From: Candidatus Latescibacterota bacterium
GTDB taxonomy: Bacteria > Latescibacterota > CBDEFO01
Direction of reading: 5' to 3'
DNA length: 64,000 nucleotides
NCBI GenBank assembly: GCA_965248755.1
Contig: OZ252149.1
Location: forward strand, 3,456,001 to 3,520,000
Positions 21,433 through 31,818 of this stretch are shown piece by piece. A model generated the notes under the pieces. It did no database searches. It was not told the origin of the DNA and saw only the letters and a program-made list of their open reading frames with translations. Position 1 is the first letter of the stretch. The number at the start of each line of letters is the position of its first letter. A program made the position numbers and the translations under genes.

Positions 21433-23058
21433 CCCCCATTCGCCATATTAGACCCGAAAAATGGTTGTCAAAGTCGCCAGAACATGTTATATTACAATAA
21501 ATAAGACTCATAAATGGCGGATAAATATTGATCATCCAGAGGGTGAAAGAATGAAAGTAGGTTTTGATGGAGGAATAAAGCTTGAATTTCATGGTGCAAA
21601 GGTGACATCAAACGGTGGACTTCTTGCGTATCGTGACCTTGATTACGCACTGGGATTATTTGATTCGGTATCAGCGGTTTTTACCGATAAACGCACAGGC
21701 CGTAATATCCAACATGATATATCTACTCTCCTGCGTCAATCGATATACAGCCGTCTTGCAGGATATGAAGATGTAAATGACGCCGAGCGATTATCCGTTG
21801 ATCCCGTCATGCGAGCGATTACCGGAAAGAAGGACAAAGGCAGGCAAGCTGCCAGCTCCAACACGATAGGACGTTTTGAAACTGATATACTGACTCAGCA
21901 TGACAATCTCAGAAACTTGTCAGATATCAATGGCAAGTGGGTTCAAAAAGCGATGAGTAAAACACAGCATCAACGAATCATTCTGGACATGGACAGTTCG
22001 GAGAGTCCGGTACATGGCCAGCAGGAAGGATCAGCTTACAACGGTCATTTCGGATGTACCTGTTTTCATCCAGTGTTCTGCTTCAATCAGTTCGGGGATT
22101 GTGAAGGAGTCCTACTTCGCTCTGGTAATGTTCACAGTGCTGATCGTTGGAAGGAAGTTCTGGAACCGATCGTCAAGAGATACGAGAGCAAGAAGAATAG
22201 GAAATACTTTCGAGGCGATGCTGCATTCGCAAAGCCTGAGATTTATGATTATCTGGAGGGAAACGGCTATTTGTATGCCATTCGGCTTCCCGCAAATGAG
22301 ATACTCTATGAAAAGATACGATACCTGCTGACTCGGCCAGTTGGACGACCGCCGAGGAAACCGATTGTATCGTTATATGAATTTCAATATAAAGCGGCCA
22401 GTTGGGATCAATCGAGGCGAGTGGTCGCCAAGGTTGAATGGCACCAAGGGGAGTTATTCCCAAGAGTGGGATTTATCGTGACCAACATGAGCGCCAAGCC
22501 AGAAGGCGTGGTACACTTCTACAATGGCCGTGGCAGAGCTGAGCAGTGGATTAAGGAGGGCAAGTATGCTCTGAACTGGACCCGACTCTCATGCAAGCGT
22601 TTCGTCTCCAATCAGGTGAGGCTCTGGCTGTTTGTTCTGGCTTACAACTTGGGCAACTTCCTGCGACGTTTTGTTCTTCCGAAGAAAATCAAACACTGGT
22701 CACTACGCAGCCTCCTCGTGAAATTTATCAAAATCGGAGCGAAGATTGTCAGACACAGCGGATATATTACGTTTCAAATGGCTGAGGTTGGGATAGACAA
22801 GAGGTTATTTGCCGAAATATTATCCCGGATTGAACGATTGCGATGTTATTCTGTTTAAACTGCCACATTTTTTTGTGAGTCGATGGAGAGGTGTCTCTAA
22901 TTGGAGGATTTAAACACAAAGAAAGTGATAATTCAGAGGAAAATACTATTTTAATTGAAAAAAGTACTTGTTGAAAAATGTAAAAGTGGTAATATTAATT
23001 CAGAAACAAGAATGTATCGAAATATAATCCCTCATGAATGTGATATGGGGAATGTCGG
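21433..23058 (+). mobile_element. IS1380-family insertion sequence (1626 bp, 5-bp target duplication ATATA)
   Basis: Left end CCCCCATTCGCCATATTAGA vs reverse complement of right end CCGACATTCCCCATATCACA (15/20); ATATA at 21428-21432 and 23059-23063. Confidence 0.92.
21461..22858 (+). CDS. IS1380-family DDE transposase (start may be the ATG at 21551)
   Basis: VTSNGGLL, GYEDVNDA, LDMDSSESPVHGQQEGSAYNGH, FRGDAAF, YNGRGRAEQWIKEGK. Confidence 0.93.
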   Translation: MVVKVARTCYITINKTHKWRINIDHPEGERMKVGFDGGIKLEFHGAKVTSNGGLLAYRDLDYALGLFDSVSAVFTDKRTGRNIQHDISTLLRQSIYSRLAGYEDVNDAERLSVDPVMRAITGKKDKGRQAASSNTIGRFETDILTQHDNLRNLSDINGKWVQKAMSKTQHQRIILDMDSSESPVHGQQEGSAYNGHFGCTCFHPVFCFNQFGDCEGVLLRSGNVHSADRWKEVLEPIVKRYESKKNRKYFRGDAAFAKPEIYDYLEGNGYLYAIRLPANEILYEKIRYLLTRPVGRPPRKPIVSLYEFQYKAASWDQSRRVVAKVEWHQGELFPRVGFIVTNMSAKPEGVVHFYNGRGRAEQWIKEGKYALNWTRLSCKRFVSNQVRLWLFVLAYNLGNFLRRFVLPKKIKHWSLRSLLVKFIKIGAKIVRHSGYITFQMAEVGIDKRLFAEILSRIERLRCYSV

Positions 23059-24016
23059 ATATAGACGTCCTTCTTACATTGGGACAGGTCTATCTCCAAA
23101 CAAGGGAACACGAAAAGTCCATCCAAGTTCTACAGACCTATCTTGCAAAAAGGCAAGAATGGGTTGATAGCCCAAAGCTCAACTTTCTCATAGTCAACAC
23201 CATAGAAGACCATGCAATCGCCTACTCTTTGATCGGATACTGCTACCTTTCACTATGGTCGCACCACTCTTCCTCAAAATCGCTGACCTTTTTGGAGGAA
23301 GCCGAACGGGCATACAAAGCTTCCTCAGAGATAGACCCCACATATTCTGAGGCTCACAATGGACTTGGGTATGTATATCTTCTCAAGGGCAAACTCGATA
23401 AGGCTCTAGAGGAGTTAAATGCTGCCCTGAGGTACAAGCCTGACTGGCCGGAAGCCCTTTTGAATCTGGCCCAGGTATATATCGCTCAAGATAGAAGGGA
23501 CAAGGTCAAAAGCATCGTCGAAAGGACAAAACTTGTCGAAGACATGTCACTTAAAGCCATCAGGAAGCTCGGAGACATAAGCGTGAACATTGCAGATTAC
23601 GAAACAGCCGCAGGGCTTTACGAAAGATTCCTCCACCGTAACAACTGTGAGAGTGGCAATGCTGACCCCCAAGTTCTTACCAATCTCGGCTCCTGCTATG
23701 CGCAGATGGGACAGTACGAATCGGCTCTATCCAGCTACAGAGCCGCCTTAAGATTAGATCCTAACTACGAAAACGCCGTTCAGAATCTCATAGCTTTGAA
23801 AAGCAGCGTTAACTCCCTGTAAACGTCGCAAAATGTAAGTATTATTTAGCCCTCCTTCTGTCCGCCCTGTTATACATTCTTTCCAAATCTTGTTGCTCTG
23901 GCCCTCGCTGTTTTTATGTAAGCTTCAAAAAGAGCTTGACCTTGGCATTGTCATTTAACATATTTACTACAAAGAAAACCCATACTTGACCGGGATTTTA
24001 AGCGGGGTACGTTACA

Positions 24017-24346
24017 GTGAACAATACCAGACATAGTTTCGGTTCAATTTTCGCGCCTCTTATAGCCCTGGTTCTTCTATTGTTGTTCTTCATAGCCTGG
24101 GGTCACGTTCATGCATATGGGACAGAAGCCTGGGGGCATGTACATCCATATGGGACAAATTATCTGGATGAGATCAACTGTCCTTTATGCATCTTGACTC
24201 ACATTCCGGTGTGTGTGCGTTCGTCTGCGGTCCTGATTTATCCGACAGCTTTTCTGATAAGCCTCATTCCGCTTTTCTGTCCGCGCATATCCTATCCTTT
24301 CCTTTTACTTCTCCGCAGTCGCTCTCCGCCGTTCTCCTCCTTATAA
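24017..24346 (+). CDS. Small DUF2946-like protein (hydrophobic N-terminus, HxH twice, CPLC, C-terminal RSPP)
   Basis: Motif order seen in the translation; first ORF of a metal-uptake operon. Confidence 0.65.
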   Translation: MNNTRHSFGSIFAPLIALVLLLLFFIAWGHVHAYGTEAWGHVHPYGTNYLDEINCPLCILTHIPVCVRSSAVLIYPTAFLISLIPLFCPRISYPFLLLLRSRSPPFSSL

Positions 24347-24523
24347 TATTTCCTTTAGTTAATCTCCATCTGAAGTTCCTCCATATAAATGTGGTGTACA
24401 TTTTGCGTTCATAGTGTAAGTCTGTCTTGGGTTTTTTCTCAGACCCACGTAAATATCAGACATTGGTGAAGCCTTCGCTATGTGCAGCTAACGTGTCATC
24501 CGCTCATTTTAAAGGAGAGCAAG

Positions 24524-25594
24524 ATGTTAAACTTCCTTTTAAGATTGATTTTCTTTGTTTTGCTCATATTGTCCACTTTCAGCTCATCTTTTCCTCAGAC
24601 AGGAGCATCTGTGACCGGGATATCGAGGGCGTTCAATCCGGCCATAAGTGTCAACGGTCTCTTTTTAGGAGCGTACGTCTCTGATAGGGAAAAAGAAGAG
24701 GAGCTATCCACAGGGATGAGAGTTCAGGAGGTGGAGATTCGGTTGAGTTCTTTTATAGATCCCCATGTGAGGGCGGATCTACTATTTGCTGTGGAGGGGA
24801 CTGAAGGCATAGAGATTGAGGAGGGTTATGTCACTACTGTGGGTCTCCCGGGGAACCTGGGGTTGAAAGGAGGGAAGATCTTTGGGGAGTTTGGAAAGCA
24901 TAATCTTTTGCATACTCATCTATTTCCTTTTGTGGATAATCCGTTGGTCAATGAGAGAATATTCGGCGAGGAGGGCTTAAACGATGTGGGTTTAAGCTTG
25001 AGTTATCTTTTCCCTGTGTCGTGGTACTCGGAGTTGACGCTTCAGTTTCTAAATGGGGATAATGAGGAGATTTTCAACAGCCCTGATGATAATGATCTTG
25101 CGTATTTGGGGCATTTCAAGAATTTCTGGGATCTGTCTGAGAGCAGTACACTGGAAATCGGAGGATCTTATGCAGGCGGAAGTAACGATTCTAAGAAAGG
25201 CCTGTCCCAAGTAGTGGGTGCGGATTTGAGAATTAAGTGGAAACCTTTAAGGAGGGCTGTCTACAAGAGCATAACCTGGCAGACGGAGTACATATATCTG
25301 CGTAAAAGCGACGATGACGATAATGTGGATGAAGTCGGAGGGCTTTATTCTCTGTTACAATATCAATTCAGCAGGCGATGGTGGATAGAGGGACGCTACG
25401 ATGCATTTGGGTTGCCAGAGCGTAAGGACGAGAAAAGGATTCATAGGGGAAGTCTGCTTCTGGCCTTTGTGCCGAGTGGGTTCTCGGCTTTGAGGATTCA
25501 ATATAACAGACTGCGCGAAGAAGACAAGAATGTGAACGAATTGATGATCCAGTATAACTTTACGATAGGTTCGCATCCGGCTCATAAGTATTAG
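24524..25594 (+). CDS. Outer-membrane beta-barrel protein associated with Zn/Mn ABC uptake
   Basis: Signal peptide, FNPAISVNG, FGKHNLLHTH, C-terminal IGSHPAHKY; RBS AAGGAG before ATG at 24524. Confidence 0.7.
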   Translation: MLNFLLRLIFFVLLILSTFSSSFPQTGASVTGISRAFNPAISVNGLFLGAYVSDREKEEELSTGMRVQEVEIRLSSFIDPHVRADLLFAVEGTEGIEIEEGYVTTVGLPGNLGLKGGKIFGEFGKHNLLHTHLFPFVDNPLVNERIFGEEGLNDVGLSLSYLFPVSWYSELTLQFLNGDNEEIFNSPDDNDLAYLGHFKNFWDLSESSTLEIGGSYAGGSNDSKKGLSQVVGADLRIKWKPLRRAVYKSITWQTEYIYLRKSDDDDNVDEVGGLYSLLQYQFSRRWWIEGRYDAFGLPERKDEKRIHRGSLLLAFVPSGFSALRIQYNRLREEDKNVNELMIQYNFTIGSHPAHKY

Positions 25595-25663
25595 GATAAC
25601 GCAGAAGGCAAAGGAGGTGCCTCATCCCTAGCCTTCGCCTTTGGCCTTAGCCTCTATAAGGAG

Positions 25664-26581
25664 ATGACAATGTTTAGATTCAGCAATGTAATTCTAGCGC
25701 TGACAGCAGCCTCGATCTTTGTATCTGCAGTGTCTGCCGAGAGCAAGATAAGAGTGGTGACAGCGACGACCGATCTTTCAGCTATTGTAGAAGAAGTGGG
25801 CAGGGATAAGGTGGAGGTAAAGAGCATATCTAAGGGTTATCAGGATCCACATTATGTAGATGCCAAGCCGAGTTATATGCTACAGGTCAACAGGGCAGAT
25901 ATGTTAGTGTACGTCGGGCTTCAGATCGAAGTGGGATGGCTCCCACCGCTCGTTCAGGGAGCAAGGAACGGAAAAATCGCCAGTGGAAATGGAAATTTAG
26001 ACGCTTCGAAGGGGATAAAGGTACTCGAAATCCCTGTAGGAGAGCTAAGCAGAGCTATGGGAGATATTCATCCTGAGGGAAATCCCCACTACTGGCTCGA
26101 TCCGAGGAACGGTTCTACCGTAGCTCTGAGGATCAGGGAGCGTCTGGAGATTCTGTCTCCGGATGACGCTTCGTACTTTGAGGGTAATTTACAAAGTTTC
26201 AAAAAGAGATTGGAAGCTAATATTGGTGAATGGGAAGGACGAGCAACGGGCTTTAGAGGAAAAGAGGTCGTGGCTTATCATAAGCAGTGGGAGTATTTAG
26301 CCGATTGGTTGGGGTTGAATATCGTTGATTATATAGAGGATAAGCCGGGTATACCGCCCTCTCCAAGACATGTAACTTCTTTGATAAGGCTGATGAAAGA
26401 AAGGGACATAAACGTCATTTTGATGGCAAATTTCATAGATCCGAAGGGGGCACGGCGTGTGGCAGAGGAGACGGGCGCCCAGTTGATAATCCTACCCACT
26501 TCTGTAGGCGGAGACGAGAAAGTAGAGAGCTATCTTGATCTCTTCGAGTATATTATATCACAGTTGGAAAGGGCACTATAG
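25664..26581 (+). CDS. Metal ABC transporter substrate-binding protein (ZnuA/TroA family)
   Basis: QDPHYVDAKPS, HPEGNPHYWLDP, AYHKQWEY, PGIPPSPRH. Confidence 0.92.
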   Translation: MTMFRFSNVILALTAASIFVSAVSAESKIRVVTATTDLSAIVEEVGRDKVEVKSISKGYQDPHYVDAKPSYMLQVNRADMLVYVGLQIEVGWLPPLVQGARNGKIASGNGNLDASKGIKVLEIPVGELSRAMGDIHPEGNPHYWLDPRNGSTVALRIRERLEILSPDDASYFEGNLQSFKKRLEANIGEWEGRATGFRGKEVVAYHKQWEYLADWLGLNIVDYIEDKPGIPPSPRHVTSLIRLMKERDINVILMANFIDPKGARRVAEETGAQLIILPTSVGGDEKVESYLDLFEYIISQLERAL

Positions 26582-26628
26582 GTGCAGTGTACACTCCATG
26601 TGGTGCGACCACTCTGGGAGGATAAAAA

Positions 26629-27474
26629 GTGACTGATTTTCTGGTGTTTATGTCGGCTCCCTTTGCGGCGTGCCTGGTCCTTGTGGGGATCTACGCCTAT
26701 ATGGGAATACATATTTTAGAAAGGGAGGTCATATTTGTAGATCTGGCCTTAGCTCAGATCGCAGCCTTAGGAGCTGCTGCGGCTCTATTTTCAGGCTATG
26801 AGTTGGAGGGCAGCCAGGCTTACGTCTTTTCACTTTTGGCAACGTTTTTAGGAGCAGGTATTTTCTCTTTAAGCAGGTCGAAGGATGGAAGGATTCCACA
26901 GGAGGCGATTATAGGCATTGTGTATGCTGTGGCTGCTGCCGCTGCTGTATTGGCTGTGGACAGAGCGCCTCACGGAGCAGAGCATATAAAGACCCTCCTG
27001 GTAGGGTCTATTCTCTGGGTGACGTGGCCAACAGTCATAAAGACTGCTCTTATCTGCGGCGCAGTAGGGGGCTTTAATTGGATATTCAGAAAGAAGTTTT
27101 TGCTAATATCTCTTCAACCGGATCAGGCTTTAAAGGAAGGCATGAACATACGTCTGTGGGATTTTCTGTTTTATGCATCTTTCGGGCTTGTGATCACAAG
27201 TTCTGTTCAGATTGCTGGGGTTCTTTTAGTATTTTCCTTTCTCATCGTTCCTGCTGTATGCGGGGCTATGTTCTGCGATAGTTTAGGAAAACGGCTGACC
27301 TTAGGATGGATTATGGGCACAGTCGTCAGTGTGTTGGGCTGTGTTTTTTCCTACAGTTTTGATCTTCCTACAGGTGCCGCGATGGTGTGTACTTTCGGGT
27401 TAGTTTTATTGATGTCAGTGGGAGTCAAACTGATGTGGTTGAGACCAAAGCAAGTAGATAGTAGCCACGATTGA
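26629..27474 (+). CDS. Metal ABC transporter permease (ZnuB/MntB family)
   Basis: Hydrophobic helices, FVDLALAQIAALG, EAIIGIVY, GVLLVFSFLIVPA. Confidence 0.92.
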   Translation: MTDFLVFMSAPFAACLVLVGIYAYMGIHILEREVIFVDLALAQIAALGAAAALFSGYELEGSQAYVFSLLATFLGAGIFSLSRSKDGRIPQEAIIGIVYAVAAAAAVLAVDRAPHGAEHIKTLLVGSILWVTWPTVIKTALICGAVGGFNWIFRKKFLLISLQPDQALKEGMNIRLWDFLFYASFGLVITSSVQIAGVLLVFSFLIVPAVCGAMFCDSLGKRLTLGWIMGTVVSVLGCVFSYSFDLPTGAAMVCTFGLVLLMSVGVKLMWLRPKQVDSSHD

Positions 27475-27583
27475 ATCTATCCCTGATTGAACCTATCGGG
27501 AGTAGAAAGGGCACCTGCCCCATCTGTGTCCATAGTTATAGGTGTCTTGTCCCAAACTAATTTCTTAATCTTTTTTCAAAACA

Positions 27584-27599
27584 TGTGATGGAGATCACA
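27584..27599. promoter_or_regulatory. CRP-family binding site
   Basis: TGTGA-TGGAGA-TCACA, an exact match to TGTGA-N6-TCACA, upstream of a promoter. Confidence 0.55.
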
Positions 27600-27640
27600 G
27601 ATAAAGTGTTTGTAAAACATTATATTGTGTGGAATTTATG

Positions 27641-27669
27641 TTGACATTGTTTTCATTTTTTATTATCTT
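27641..27669 (+). promoter_or_regulatory. Sigma70-type promoter of the HDOD kinase
   Basis: TTGACA-17-TATCTT. Confidence 0.6.
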
Positions 27670-27830
27670 ATAGCGTGAAGGTCCAAAGGACGTGTCAGTC
27701 ATATACGGATTCGTAACAAGAATGTGATAGGAGTTCCAGCTAACAGCAGCGTGTCAAAGTACCGTTCAGGATCATCGTAAGTCTCAAGTATGTTGCATCA
27801 TGAGTCGAAGTAGATGGAGGGAGAGGAAAG

Positions 27831-30227
27831 ATGGCTGAGAACAGTTCTGATAAGTTAAAGATCAAGCAGGCTATAGGAAAGCTGGATGGTCTTCCCACAC
27901 TGCCCTCGATGCTGGTGGAGGTAATGAACAGGGTTCTGGATGAGAACTCCAGTGTCCAGGATGTCTCTGAGCTTGTGGAAACGGACCAATCTTTAACTAC
28001 CAAAGTCCTCAGAGTTGCCAACTCCTCCTTCTACGGAAGACCCAAAGCAGTATCCACGGTCAAGAACGCTATAGTCATTTTAGGATTTAATAAGCTCAAG
28101 AACATAGTATTGAGCATCTCTTTAATGGACAATTTGGAATCCATTGAGAACTCCAATTTAGATATGAAGGAGTTCTGGCGCCACTCCTTGTCCTGCGCTG
28201 TTTTATCCCAAGATATATCGCAAAGACTCCGTTTCAGCTTCTCCGATCAGGTGTTCGTAGCTGGTCTGCTTCACGATATAGGGAAGCTCATATTAGATTT
28301 ACATGTACCTGATAAATTTGGGTCCGCGTTAGAGCTTTCGATGAAGGACAGAATAGACTTATCTGAGGCGGAAAGGCGCATAATCGGAGTTGACCACGGA
28401 CTTGTGGGCAAGTGGATTATGGAAAAGTGGAAGTTTCCCGACCATCTGATAGAAGCCGCCTGGATGCATCACAACCCGCCGGGCATAGATGCACAGGGGA
28501 ACGAGCAGCTTATGACCTCTTTGGTCTCTTTGGCTAATAACGTATCCAACGTCTGTTCCGGCAAGATGATCGGTTTAAACGGCACTTTCGATCAAATAGA
28601 GAAACTAAGAGATAGATTCAAAATCCCGGAGGATGACTTAAGGGAGATAGCTTCAAAGGCCGAGGAAAAGGTACAGGAAATAGCTCAGACACTGGACCGA
28701 GACATAGGCTCGGGCAAGGATCATCTGACTCTCATGCAGAGAGCCAATCAGGAACTGAGCCAGATAAACCTGGATTTGGATCAGACAAACAGGAAGCTGC
28801 AAAGCAGATTAGCCGAAAGGACGGCTCTTCATAAACTCGGTCTTAATCTACAGACTTGTGTAGAGATAGATGAGGTGGTTAAAGCGGCTGTCAGATGTGC
28901 AACATCGGACATAGGGTTCTACAAGGCAGAATGTGTAATAGACATGGGTGATGGGGAGACGTATCGAGCAGAACAATCGGTCTCAGAGCTGGGGCAGGCT
29001 GCAGCTTCGAGAACGAACGGAGCGTCTTCGGAGAGTTCCATTGTTGAAGGGTTAGAGCCACTTACAGAGGGAGTAAGGATAGATATCTATGTTGAAAACA
29101 GGACTGCGGGATATCTGAGAGCGTGGCGCCGGGATAACGTCGAGTTCAGAGAACGCGAGGCTGTAGTATCCCTTTCTGCAATTTCTGATCTTGTGTCCCT
29201 CACAGTTCACAGGTGTATGGAGCACAGGCGCAGTGAAGAACATATCGAAAAACTGGCCCTGGCTCAGGCGGATTTAGAGAGTTCCTATCGCAAATTGCAG
29301 GGGGCGCAAAAGCAGATAATCCAGATGGAAAGGCTCAACGCCCTCGGAGAAGTCGCAGCGGGAATGGCTCACGAATTCAACAATATCTTGGGCATCATAC
29401 TCGGCCAGTCACAGATACTCCACAGGAGCCTGGAGCAGCCCGAGTCGAAAATGCGCCTTAAGGCCATAGAAAAAGCCACTATGGACGGGGCTGAAATTAT
29501 AGCCAAAATACAAGATTCTACACGCCCACGCCAGGACGTAAACTATGCAAAAGTCGATATAAACGAGATTATAGAAGAGATAATTGATATTACAAGGCCC
29601 AACTGGGAAAGAGAGGCACAAATAAGAGAAATCCAGATACGGTTGCACAGACGACTCGGTGATGTTCCCCCCATATTTGGGAATCCCGTAGAAATTCGAG
29701 AGGTCTTTACCAATCTTATCTTCAACTCCATAGATGCAATGCCCAATGGCGACGACATATATATTAAGACTGAGTCTTATGGGGATTCGATTTTGATTAC
29801 CGCATCGGACACAGGAGTCGGGATTCCGAATGAATTACAGAATAAGGTATTCGATCCCTTCTTTACCACTAAAGGAGCCAACGGGAGCGGCCTGGGCTTG
29901 AGTTTAGTCTATGGGATCGTCGAAAGACATAAAGGGGAGATTAAAGTCCATAGCATCCCCAATAAGGGGGCTACCTTTATTATAAGGCTCCCGGGTTACG
30001 CCGATCGTATCACTTCTTTCCCAGAAAGCTCTTCGCCCACTTCGAGACTTGCCGCCACTTCAGCAGAGCGGCCACGCAACATCTTTAGGAGCTCCGAGCG
30101 CATTGCTTCCATGGAACACCAGGTTCAGCAAAGTAGTCCCTATGCAGAACAGGAAGAAACAGCTACAGATACTTCATCTGGCCCGGAAGTAGAAACGATG
30201 CAGCTTTCCCAGCAGCTGAGAAGATGA
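27831..30227 (+). CDS. HDOD-domain sensor histidine kinase
   Basis: LPTLP, DQSLTTKVLRVANSSFYG, FWRHS, GLLHDIGK; AHEFNNIL H-box, NLIFNSIDAM, DTGVGI, FDPFFTTK, GSGLGLS. Confidence 0.93.
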   Translation: MAENSSDKLKIKQAIGKLDGLPTLPSMLVEVMNRVLDENSSVQDVSELVETDQSLTTKVLRVANSSFYGRPKAVSTVKNAIVILGFNKLKNIVLSISLMDNLESIENSNLDMKEFWRHSLSCAVLSQDISQRLRFSFSDQVFVAGLLHDIGKLILDLHVPDKFGSALELSMKDRIDLSEAERRIIGVDHGLVGKWIMEKWKFPDHLIEAAWMHHNPPGIDAQGNEQLMTSLVSLANNVSNVCSGKMIGLNGTFDQIEKLRDRFKIPEDDLREIASKAEEKVQEIAQTLDRDIGSGKDHLTLMQRANQELSQINLDLDQTNRKLQSRLAERTALHKLGLNLQTCVEIDEVVKAAVRCATSDIGFYKAECVIDMGDGETYRAEQSVSELGQAAASRTNGASSESSIVEGLEPLTEGVRIDIYVENRTAGYLRAWRRDNVEFREREAVVSLSAISDLVSLTVHRCMEHRRSEEHIEKLALAQADLESSYRKLQGAQKQIIQMERLNALGEVAAGMAHEFNNILGIILGQSQILHRSLEQPESKMRLKAIEKATMDGAEIIAKIQDSTRPRQDVNYAKVDINEIIEEIIDITRPNWEREAQIREIQIRLHRRLGDVPPIFGNPVEIREVFTNLIFNSIDAMPNGDDIYIKTESYGDSILITASDTGVGIPNELQNKVFDPFFTTKGANGSGLGLSLVYGIVERHKGEIKVHSIPNKGATFIIRLPGYADRITSFPESSSPTSRLAATSAERPRNIFRSSERIASMEHQVQQSSPYAEQEETATDTSSGPEVETMQLSQQLRR

Positions 30228-30302
30228 GAAACACAATGCCAATTTCCTCCTGAAGAACCATAAGCTATGGAGGGCCCTGCTGCGTCCTATCCCTAGCGTT
30301 TA

Positions 30303-31246
30303 TCAATAGGTCTCGACAAAGAGGCGGTCTTTGTTGCGATCTCTGAATATCTTTTTGATTGTAGAATCCTTCCTAGACATCTTTGCAATGTCGTCTAGAC
30401 TATATCCATCGGGCGGAGAGATCAGATTCGTCCTCATTCGCAGAAGCTCCGCGTAGATTCCCACCTCCATACCCGCTAACCCGCAGATGTAAAGGCACGT
30501 TGACTTTTTCCTGAGCAGAGGCTCAAGCTCGTGAACGTGTTCCCTTAATCTGTGCTGAACGTAGACCTTGCCCTTTGAAGGATTTTCCCGGCTGATAGCA
30601 GTGACATAATGAAAATTTGAGTGCGCTTCGGCATACTTCCGAAACATATTGTCATAGAGCACGTCTGTGCTGTATGGTACGCCAAAGATCAGCCAGACCT
30701 GACGCGTAAACCCGAGTTTAAAGAGTTCTTCTAACATTCCTCGAAAAGGCGCAATGCCGGTGCCGGTGGCTATAAAGACGTAATCGTGATCCAACAGATC
30801 ATCGGACAAAAGAAAGTTGTCGTACCACGGCCCCATCACCTGTGCTTTTTCCTCTATTCGCATATCGCAAAGGTAGCTTGAGCACACCCCCTTGACCAAT
30901 TTCCCGTTTTAGGATCCTCAGCAAGTTCACGCTTCACGGTCAGTGAAAAGGTATTTCCCTTGCCGTCATCGCCCCAGATCGGTGATGCCACAGAATAGGC
31001 GCGGGGTTTGTGTTCCCTTCCTCTTTCATCCAGGCCTGGAGCTTTGACACCCATGCTTGTTCCTGTTCTGACTGCGCCGGCCAGCCGGCTTTGGCTTATA
31101 TCAAATGTCAGATGCCAGGCAAAATTAGGGCTGGAAGGATGCGTCAACTTTGTCCTGTGCACAAGAGGCGCCAGAAAGGGTAGCTTTGGCGGGTATATGT
31201 TTAGCCTTACCTGGGGAATTAGGTAATTGCCCATAGTCATTCCCAT
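30303..31246 (-). pseudogene. Ferredoxin-NADP+ reductase-like protein (PetH/BoxA type), frameshifted at ~30900
   Basis: RAYSVAS in the 5' ORF; GVCSSYLCD, ATGTGIAPFRG, YVQHR, YICGLAGM, VETY in the 3' ORF. Confidence 0.85.
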
Positions 31247-31818
31247 TTCACGTGGGCATTATACAGGGGACATCTTCCCATGCCCGTAAACTCAAGTAAG
31301 TTGCGGTTACTGCGGGTTTCACTTCTGGTAATGACTGAGGGCTTAAGATGAGCAACTAAAAGACACAGCAGATCGTCATTGAGAAGCGGAGGGGCTGCTT
31401 TGCTGAGTTGGAAGCAATCTCGTTATGGCATATTTGCTATGTACTCATCTGAGATCTATCTCATATAGTCCCGGAATCGATTCACCGAAAATGCTGGATC
31501 TGTGCAGCTTCCAGATTCGTGGATTGCTTCTCCCTTGAAGCCGGTCTTTACAAACATCCGGGCCATCCGTCTGGAATGGGAGAGTCCTGCACGACCAGGT
31601 CGTTGTCTTGAACCATTTGCACGTTCTTTAATTTGGCAGAATCGAGCAGTCTTTGGGCTGGACCTTTCAGTCCAGCCAGAACTTCGCTCAAGCACAACTA
31701 TTACTCGCTAAATGGAATTTTTCAACTTCTTCAACAGATACTCAAGCTACGGTGGCTATTCCTGAGCAGGCGTACTCGATTGCATCGTTCGTAAAGGCAA
31801 GGGGACATCAGGAGATGT

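Larger units (their letters stand above)
20638..23822 (+). pseudogene. GT2 glycosyltransferase + TPR, interrupted by IS1380
   Basis: ISLCMIVKDEE, VVDTGSTD, FSEARN, LDADE; removing the IS joins KKDNYI|DVLLTLGQVY in frame (517 aa). Confidence 0.88.
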
